From the NCBI GenBank assembly GCA_004524445.1, contig SDNP01000002.1:64001-128000 (forward strand): a DNA stretch of 64,000 bases, given 5' to 3'. Positions 57,772 to 64,000 of the stretch are shown here, piece after piece. Position 1 is the stretch's first letter; each line of letters starts with the position of its first letter. Source of the DNA: Candidatus Thorarchaeota archaeon (GTDB taxonomy: Archaea; Asgardarchaeota; Thorarchaeia; Thorarchaeales; Thorarchaeaceae). The position numbers and the translations under genes were made by a program. The notes beneath the pieces are model-generated. The model worked only from the letters and a program-made list of their open reading frames with translations, was not told the DNA's origin and made no database searches.

Positions 57772-59298
57772 ATGCTCCTAGCTATCATAGCTGCGAGTAC
57801 CTTTATTGTATATTCTATCATTCAACTGCAGACTACTCCTCCCTCCACTATTGCTGTATACGGTGGACATGTTCGTGAACATAATGACGAGCTTGTTATG
57901 GTGCGTGCACTTGGATTTTCATTGAATATATCGCTATTATGGTCTGACTCTCTGTCATTGGGTCCTTACTCGGTACTCCTACAGAATCTAATTCCAGACA
58001 ATACTACCATTGCTTCCAACAATGACATTTCCTCGACCATAGAAGACAGTCTAGTATTGAGGATTGAGTTTATTCCAAATCATCATAGAGTCTGGATAAA
58101 TGTCAGCTCTGATAACGATGATTCCAATCTTGAATTTTTGGTCTTAGGAGACAGCCAAGGATACCAGGGCGGAATCCAAGAAACAACAACAGCTTTGAGT
58201 TCATTTTCACCTGATTTTCTCTTCCATTGTGGTGATCTTACTCCGTTTGGGCTGGATACTCAATACAGCGAGGTTTCGGGAGCGCTTGACAACTCATCTG
58301 TCCCAGTTTTCACTACCGCAGGGAATCATGACGTGAGGATGGACGGCGGATTAAGATACAAGGATTGGTTTGGCCCCTCTACCTATTCGTTCGAATCAAA
58401 TTCGGCTCATTTTGCGATATTAAATACATCCAAGACTACGGTTTCTGAAAACGAATTTCAATGGCTACTTGATGATCTAAATACCACCTCCAAGAATTTG
58501 AAAATAGTCTTTACGCATATTCCTTCTTTTGATCCTCGACCCGGCAAGAATCATACTTTGCCCCAGAAAATAGCCAATAGACTCATGACTCTGTTCGAAC
58601 AGACGGGTGTGGATTACGTCTTTTCCGGCCACATTCACATGTTCAACAAGACAATAATCAATGGAGTCACTTACATCATTACGGGTGGCGCAGGCATGTC
58701 ACTGGCTGCACCAGAGGAAATAGGTGGAATACACCATTTTGTTCATGCAAAGCTACAGGAAGACTCGCTTCTAATAGAACCAATCCAACTAAATGAACCA
58801 GATATTCCTCGCGATACGGTCGAAGTCAAAGGTATCGAATCATCTATTCTTCTCTCTTTGAATGACTTGAAGCAGCTTCCCTACCTCGAGGCATTTTCTT
58901 CGTTTCAGAACCAATTTGGAAATTGGCGTGGACAGGGAGTATACAGAGGCGTAAAGATCTCCGATTTGATTGGCTTGGTTGGGGGCATGACCGTGACAGA
59001 CACACTAACTGCACGTGCATATGATGGTTACTCTCAGTCATATTGTTATTACAATGTATATCCGAACGGAAGTTGGCAAGAGTTGCAGGGCGATATGATA
59101 TTGGCATATCAATACAATGGAACAGAGATTCCTGAGTGGGATTCCGGCCTTAGGATAGTGATGCTTGCACCTGATGGCGCATATAGCAATGCAGATTGCC
59201 TTGCCACGTCAGCTCCAGGAATGGGGTGTAATATGTACTATTCTGGTGGGGCTCGATGGGCTCGATATGTAGCGCGAATTGAGGTGACAGTCGATTGA
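57772..59298 (+). CDS. Membrane-anchored metallophosphoesterase with C-terminal oxidoreductase-molybdopterin-like domain
   Basis: GDSQ, GDLT, GNHD, HIP, GHIH; C-terminal YRGVKISDL...AYDGY...MILAY. Confidence 0.85.
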   Translation: MLLAIIAASTFIVYSIIQLQTTPPSTIAVYGGHVREHNDELVMVRALGFSLNISLLWSDSLSLGPYSVLLQNLIPDNTTIASNNDISSTIEDSLVLRIEFIPNHHRVWINVSSDNDDSNLEFLVLGDSQGYQGGIQETTTALSSFSPDFLFHCGDLTPFGLDTQYSEVSGALDNSSVPVFTTAGNHDVRMDGGLRYKDWFGPSTYSFESNSAHFAILNTSKTTVSENEFQWLLDDLNTTSKNLKIVFTHIPSFDPRPGKNHTLPQKIANRLMTLFEQTGVDYVFSGHIHMFNKTIINGVTYIITGGAGMSLAAPEEIGGIHHFVHAKLQEDSLLIEPIQLNEPDIPRDTVEVKGIESSILLSLNDLKQLPYLEAFSSFQNQFGNWRGQGVYRGVKISDLIGLVGGMTVTDTLTARAYDGYSQSYCYYNVYPNGSWQELQGDMILAYQYNGTEIPEWDSGLRIVMLAPDGAYSNADCLATSAPGMGCNMYYSGGARWARYVARIEVTVD

Positions 59299-60365
59299 GT
59301 AGTGAGGAGGGACACTATGCAGAAATAAAAGAAATAATCACTATCGCCCTCTTGAGCTCTCTCGGAGGGACTCTAAGTACTTTTGTTGGTTACTTAGGCA
59401 ATCTTGTGAATCTGACATTAGGTGTTCCATTCGGTGCCGGTCAATTCATGGCTGGTCTTCATGTCTTTTGGTTGGTGTTGATTCAAGCAATCATCAGAAA
59501 GAGAGGCGCTGGCGCATTTGGAGGTCTCTTGAAAGGCATAGTTGAGCTATTCACAGGCAGTACCCATGGGTTCGTGATAGTCTTGGTCTCTCTCGTTCAA
59601 GGTATTTTGGTGGATGGATTCGCAGCATTTGGGGATGACCTGCAAGATGTGGATTTGAGCAAGAAACTAGTCTGGTGGATCGGTGCAGGAATTTCAGCAG
59701 CATCTAATGTAATCGTCTTCCAGCTGTTTTATTTCTCAGGAGCTCCAATCATTTACATTGGTGTCATTGTGGTTCTTGCCTTTTGCTCGGGAATCATCTT
59801 TGGAGGCTACTTCGGTTGGGAAACCTTAGATTTTCTTAATGATGCAGGCATATTGAACAATAAGACGCAGATACAGAGTCGAGATGTTCATAGCACATCG
59901 CGTAGTACGATTATAAAGAGAAATATTCCAGCTATCGCTTTTGTAGTATTTCTCATCCTTGGCTCCTCTTATTATGTCACGGCAGTTGCTGACTTTGGGT
60001 CCGACCCATATTCATGCGAAGTGACCGGTCTTGTAGAGGATCCCTATGTATTTCATTATTCGACCTTCCCCAGAGATACGATTACGATTGAAGCAGAGTT
60101 GGAGGGCGCCTACACTCATTTACCACCCGCAAACTACACTGGCTACCTAGTAAGTTCGATTATTGACCATGCCAATCCCCAACCCGAGGCCAGTACTCTC
60201 AAAGTAGTCGCCACCGACGGATACACAATAATCTTTGATTTGAATGAAGTCATGAAGGATGACAGATTCATTCTTAGCAAGAATGAAAATGGCCTATGGT
60301 TGATTGCGGCAGAATATGATGGCTCACAATGGGTTCAACAAGTAACAACACTAGAGATTGGTTAA
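59295..60365 (+). CDS. ECF transporter S component (YkoE-like) fused to an extracellular domain
   Basis: Multiple TM helices with RKRGAG...ELFTGS..G...QG; C-terminal YTGY...ATDGY domain. Confidence 0.75.
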   Translation: MSSEEGHYAEIKEIITIALLSSLGGTLSTFVGYLGNLVNLTLGVPFGAGQFMAGLHVFWLVLIQAIIRKRGAGAFGGLLKGIVELFTGSTHGFVIVLVSLVQGILVDGFAAFGDDLQDVDLSKKLVWWIGAGISAASNVIVFQLFYFSGAPIIYIGVIVVLAFCSGIIFGGYFGWETLDFLNDAGILNNKTQIQSRDVHSTSRSTIIKRNIPAIAFVVFLILGSSYYVTAVADFGSDPYSCEVTGLVEDPYVFHYSTFPRDTITIEAELEGAYTHLPPANYTGYLVSSIIDHANPQPEASTLKVVATDGYTIIFDLNEVMKDDRFILSKNENGLWLIAAEYDGSQWVQQVTTLEIG

Positions 60366-60370
60366 GAGGA

Positions 60371-61828
60371 ATGGAATTGTTACAAACACGTGATATCACA
60401 TTCTCATATGACGAAGAAAAGGTGATATTGCAGTCTTTGGATTTCTCCCTCTCACAGGGAGAAATTGTCATCCTTGGAGGTCCAACCGGCTCTGGAAAGT
60501 CCACCTTGGCAAAGATACTGGCCGGCTATATACCTCATCGAATAGAAGGACAACTAACTGGCATTGTGTATGTTAACGGCGAAAACAGTCAAGAACTCAC
60601 TATTCCTCAAATTTCCAAGAGAGTTTCACTCGTTCAACAGGACGTAGAGAGCCAGCTCTGCACACTGAGAGTAGCTGACGAAGTAGCGTTTGGTCCTGAG
60701 AACTTTCGCGAAGACGAAGAGGAAATTATTGAACGGGTTAATCAAAGCCTAGATTCGGTAGGCATTTTGCACTTGAAGAATCGTTCAACAGTGGCATTGT
60801 CCGGGGGAGAGAAACAAAGGCTTGCAGTTGCATCAATACTCTCCATCCAGCCTAACTACCTAATTCTTGATGAGCCAAGTTCAAGTCTAGATCCTCAAGG
60901 CGTAACCAAGCTAAAGCAGACTCTTGTAGATTTGAAGCAAAATGGTTTGGGGCTACTGATAATCGAACACCAAGTTAAACCCTTCTTGCCCATTGCTGAT
61001 AGAACTCTGAAACTCGATAACAAGAAAATTACTAGTATAGAATTGTCTAGTTCAACCCAAATTCAGAGGAAGTCACATGCAAACTATCCTCCATCAAAGG
61101 CACCTCTTTTCCGATGTAATGACCTGTCTTTTTCTTATGATAACTCTAAGGTGATATCTAATCTGTCTGTGGAGTTTCACAGAGATGAAGTAGTTGCATT
61201 GATGGGGAACAATGGTTCAGGCAAAACCACCTTCATCTCCTTACTGGCTGGGATACTTGAGCCCACTGGCGGTGATATACTCCTTAGTGGTATTCCAATT
61301 AACAAGACCCCTCGAAATGATATTGTCCAAAATCTCGCAATGGTCTTCCAAAACCCGAATCATCAAATTTTCGAGAGAACTGTCTGGGATGAACAGAACA
61401 TCATATTAGATGTGCTTGGAACGCTTGAGAATGGCCAATCAGAATCAAAGCAGCTTCTCTCTGATGCTAATTTATACTCCATGAGAGAGAGAAACCCATT
61501 CTCGTTGAGCTACGGTCAGAAAAGGCGACTCAATGTTACTTCTACAACCGTTCATGAACCCCGAATACTGCTTTTAGATGAGCCGTTCATTGGTCAAGAC
61601 AAAAGCGGCAGGGAATTCATTCTTGAGAGAATCAATGATATAAAGAAAGGAGGTCTAGCCATTGTGATAACACACGACTCACAATTTGCCGTAAATCACT
61701 GTGATAGGCTCGTTTTCATGGATCAAGGGACTATTCTGTTAGATGGGCCGCCGGCACAGACTCTGGACCGACTTGCATCATTGGGTTTCCCAGAATATAG
61801 TGATATAGGGGGAGTTGTTGATGATTAA
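60371..61828 (+). CDS. ECF transporter duplicated ATPase
   Basis: Two ABC cassettes: GPTGSGKS/LSGGEKQR/LDEP and GNNGSGKT/LSYGQKRR/LDEP. Confidence 0.93.
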   Translation: MELLQTRDITFSYDEEKVILQSLDFSLSQGEIVILGGPTGSGKSTLAKILAGYIPHRIEGQLTGIVYVNGENSQELTIPQISKRVSLVQQDVESQLCTLRVADEVAFGPENFREDEEEIIERVNQSLDSVGILHLKNRSTVALSGGEKQRLAVASILSIQPNYLILDEPSSSLDPQGVTKLKQTLVDLKQNGLGLLIIEHQVKPFLPIADRTLKLDNKKITSIELSSSTQIQRKSHANYPPSKAPLFRCNDLSFSYDNSKVISNLSVEFHRDEVVALMGNNGSGKTTFISLLAGILEPTGGDILLSGIPINKTPRNDIVQNLAMVFQNPNHQIFERTVWDEQNIILDVLGTLENGQSESKQLLSDANLYSMRERNPFSLSYGQKRRLNVTSTTVHEPRILLLDEPFIGQDKSGREFILERINDIKKGGLAIVITHDSQFAVNHCDRLVFMDQGTILLDGPPAQTLDRLASLGFPEYSDIGGVVDD

Positions 61829-62627
61829 GGAGCCTGAAACCAAATCCGAAACATCTCCGAACTCATCGAATCCCCTCGCTAACCTATTTTGCATTCTTGC
61901 TGTTCTGATTAGCAATATGATCTATCCGAGTATACTCCTCAGTTTGCTAATACTTAGCCTAATACTCATAGCTGTTGCTATATCGGGAGCAGCTCTCAAG
62001 TTCTCATCAAATAGAATTAAGTTCATTCTATCGTTTTCAGTCATATTGCTGCTAGTTCAGATATTGGTTACTCCAAATGGCATTGTTTTACTATACTTAT
62101 TTCCAAGGCTTGGAGAGCTGGGCCCATCATTTCCTGTCACCAATTTTGGACTAGAGAAGGGGCTATCAATTGCTTTGCGATTTCTTGTAGTAGTTATCTC
62201 CAGCATGTTCTTTGTTTCCGTTACTGACCCTACTCTGTTGGCGCATGCACTTTCTTCTCTAGGAATTCCATATCGCTATAATTTTGCGTTGGTAATTGCT
62301 CTGCGGTTCATTCCTCTCTTTGATATAGAGAATCAAGTTGTCCGTATGGCTCAGAAGTCACGAGGCATATCCATTGAAGTAGGTGGATTAAGCAAGTTGA
62401 AGCGTTCTCTGCGCTACACCTTCTTTCCCTTAATTATATCTGCACTCCAGAGGGCGGAAACTCTTGCGCTCTCAATGGAGGGACGCGGTTTCGGATATGA
62501 TCGAAAACGGGCATATTTGCGCAAAACCCAATGGCGCTTTTCCGATATGCTTGTGATTATAGCCTCGACATTATTACTCACAATATCGGTGTTATTTCAG
62601 CTTCAGTTACTTCCATCCCTACTCTGA
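61815..62627 (+). CDS. ECF transporter T component (EcfT/CbiQ)
   Basis: ALRFIP, AQKSRG, LSMEGRGF. Confidence 0.92.
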   Translation: MLMIKEPETKSETSPNSSNPLANLFCILAVLISNMIYPSILLSLLILSLILIAVAISGAALKFSSNRIKFILSFSVILLLVQILVTPNGIVLLYLFPRLGELGPSFPVTNFGLEKGLSIALRFLVVVISSMFFVSVTDPTLLAHALSSLGIPYRYNFALVIALRFIPLFDIENQVVRMAQKSRGISIEVGGLSKLKRSLRYTFFPLIISALQRAETLALSMEGRGFGYDRKRAYLRKTQWRFSDMLVIIASTLLLTISVLFQLQLLPSLL

Positions 62628-63395
62628 AGGAATCTTTCCTACTGGAGCCAAGTACACAGTAAACTCCTTTTCTCCGTCTACTCCGATTATCGAATCTATG
62701 ACTTCTTGATTGTAGTTGGCAATAGCACAAGTTCCAGCATCAATGGCCTCGCAGGAGAGATAGAGATTCTGGCAGATATGACCGGCTTCCAGTGCAATAT
62801 CTTTGTGTGCTACAATACTGTATCTCCATTCAGTTCTATATGGTATAGCGGCCCATACAAATGTCACAGCAGCTCGTGAGAGTTGTCGCTGACCGTTAGT
62901 CGCTTCTATTAATCTGTCAGACTCAGGAAGTCTCTGTGTAACACGGCATAGCCTGTGCTGAAGGGGTAGATATCGGTATATGCCCTTATCCAAGCCCTCT
63001 ACCCTATCAACGATTAGATATGTTTCAAATGGGTGCCTTGCACCACCCGAAGGCACTACTCGCTTGGACCAGCCGCCTCTATCTTGTACTTCTTTTACTC
63101 CTTGAGTTGACCACAATAAGAAGGACAATTCCTGCAAAGTGAGTGCCGCATCTGAGTATTTTCTGTGAGTTGAGCGATTCTTTATTGCCTTGGTTAACAA
63201 TACCGATTTAATCTTGATATCCTCAAGTGGTACCAATTCAAATTTTTCTTGGCTCTCCAAACAAGGTTTTTCCATAGGCGGTGCGGGGATATTTTGCTTC
63301 TCATCTGGCTTATAGTTTTCCTTGGTTCTGAATTCCTTTCGGCTGTCAGCTCTGAGAAATTTACGCCCTTGCTGAATCTTCTGTTCTTTACTCAT
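62619..63395 (-). CDS. SagB/ThcOx-family nitroreductase
   Basis: NRSTHRKYS, PSGGARHPFETY, EAGHICQNLYL. Confidence 0.9.
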   Translation of the reverse strand: MSKEQKIQQGRKFLRADSRKEFRTKENYKPDEKQNIPAPPMEKPCLESQEKFELVPLEDIKIKSVLLTKAIKNRSTHRKYSDAALTLQELSFLLWSTQGVKEVQDRGGWSKRVVPSGGARHPFETYLIVDRVEGLDKGIYRYLPLQHRLCRVTQRLPESDRLIEATNGQRQLSRAAVTFVWAAIPYRTEWRYSIVAHKDIALEAGHICQNLYLSCEAIDAGTCAIANYNQEVIDSIIGVDGEKEFTVYLAPVGKIPSE

Positions 63396-63605
63396 ACAAT
63401 ATTAGTTCAGGGCGTCTGCAATCAAGTTTTCGGATGCACTCTACTTCTGGGAATTAACCGGTTGAAAATATGGTGCAATAAATTGTTATGTTCAATTATT
63501 TGCTAGCTTGCTCATTCCCCTGGATTAATGCCAATTTTGCTTCGAAAAGATGCTTAATTAGAGAAATGGCCATCATAAAGAAACGGCAGTTTGAGGTTCA
63601 TCATA

Positions 63606-63743
63606 ATGGAAATAGATGGTTTTAGAAACTATTTACAAGAAAGAGGACTAGAGGAGGGCGAGATTAACGAATCAATTTCTACGATTCATAATTTGGAAAC
63701 TCTTCTCAAGGAGAAAACTGCTGGTCGGGACGGCCGGATTTGA
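63606..63743 (+). pseudogene. Short gene fragment truncated at the tRNA-Tyr 3' end
   Basis: GAGGT RBS, MEIDGFRNYLQERGLEEGEINESISTIHNLETLLKEK then reads 22 nt into the antisense tRNA and stops. Confidence 0.4.
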
Positions 63744-63798
63744 ACCGGCAACCGATGGATCTACAGTCCATTGCTCTGCCAGGTTGAGCTACGTCCCG
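63722..63798 (-). tRNA. tRNA-Tyr(GTA), intronless
   Basis: C1-G72 CGGGACG/CGTCCCG, ATGGA-CTGTAGA-TCCAT, GGTTCAAATCC, CCA. Confidence 0.95.
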
Positions 63799-64000
63799 TT
63801 CCAGACCCGTCTGCATAAAGATGCGAATAAAAGGATTGCTGCATCAACAAATTTGTATGTAGTCAGCTCGCAGAATTTCAGCTTGGCAGGATAACGAATC
63901 TCAATATTGTTCATCTTTCTTTCGGAATATGTTAGTAATACTCTGATAGTACCCGTGTTCAAGTATACACACTATCCATCAATTCTTGGTGTTCCCACAA

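Overview
This is an archaeal chromosomal window. Gene content (Rpo8, GatDE, PAN, TFE, aMBF1, Cdc6/Orc1, a split LKR/SDH pair, large Ig-like surface proteins, CCA-encoding tRNAs with non-canonical introns) best fits an Asgard archaeon, probably Thorarchaeia; this is inference, not a search result. Most of it is housekeeping and metabolic genes plus 9 tRNA genes, 7 with BHB introns (5 at non-canonical positions). It also contains replication-origin DNA: an inverted ORB pair at 25.2-25.4 kb and a second ORB with TGTGAAT iterons at 21 kb. The main find starts at the 25-kb origin. About 15 tandem arrays of the palindromic heptamer GTAWTAC (9-bp period, 6 of them inside coding sequence) are confined to 25.2-40.0 kb. 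They surround, and directly bracket, a two-gene operon encoding an ExeA/MuB/TnsC-like AAA+ ATPase and a small ribbon-helix-helix protein with a disordered N-terminus. This looks like a centromere + adaptor + motor chromosome-segregation/organisation system with a non-ParA motor. A second candidate system is a pilus/DNA-transfer-like cluster at 2.7-18.7 kb: TFB paralog, VirB11/TadA ATPase, Flp-like pilin, Ig-like surface proteins, a membrane-anchored VirB4/HerA ATPase and a VirB2/CedA1-like protein. All motif counts are by eye.
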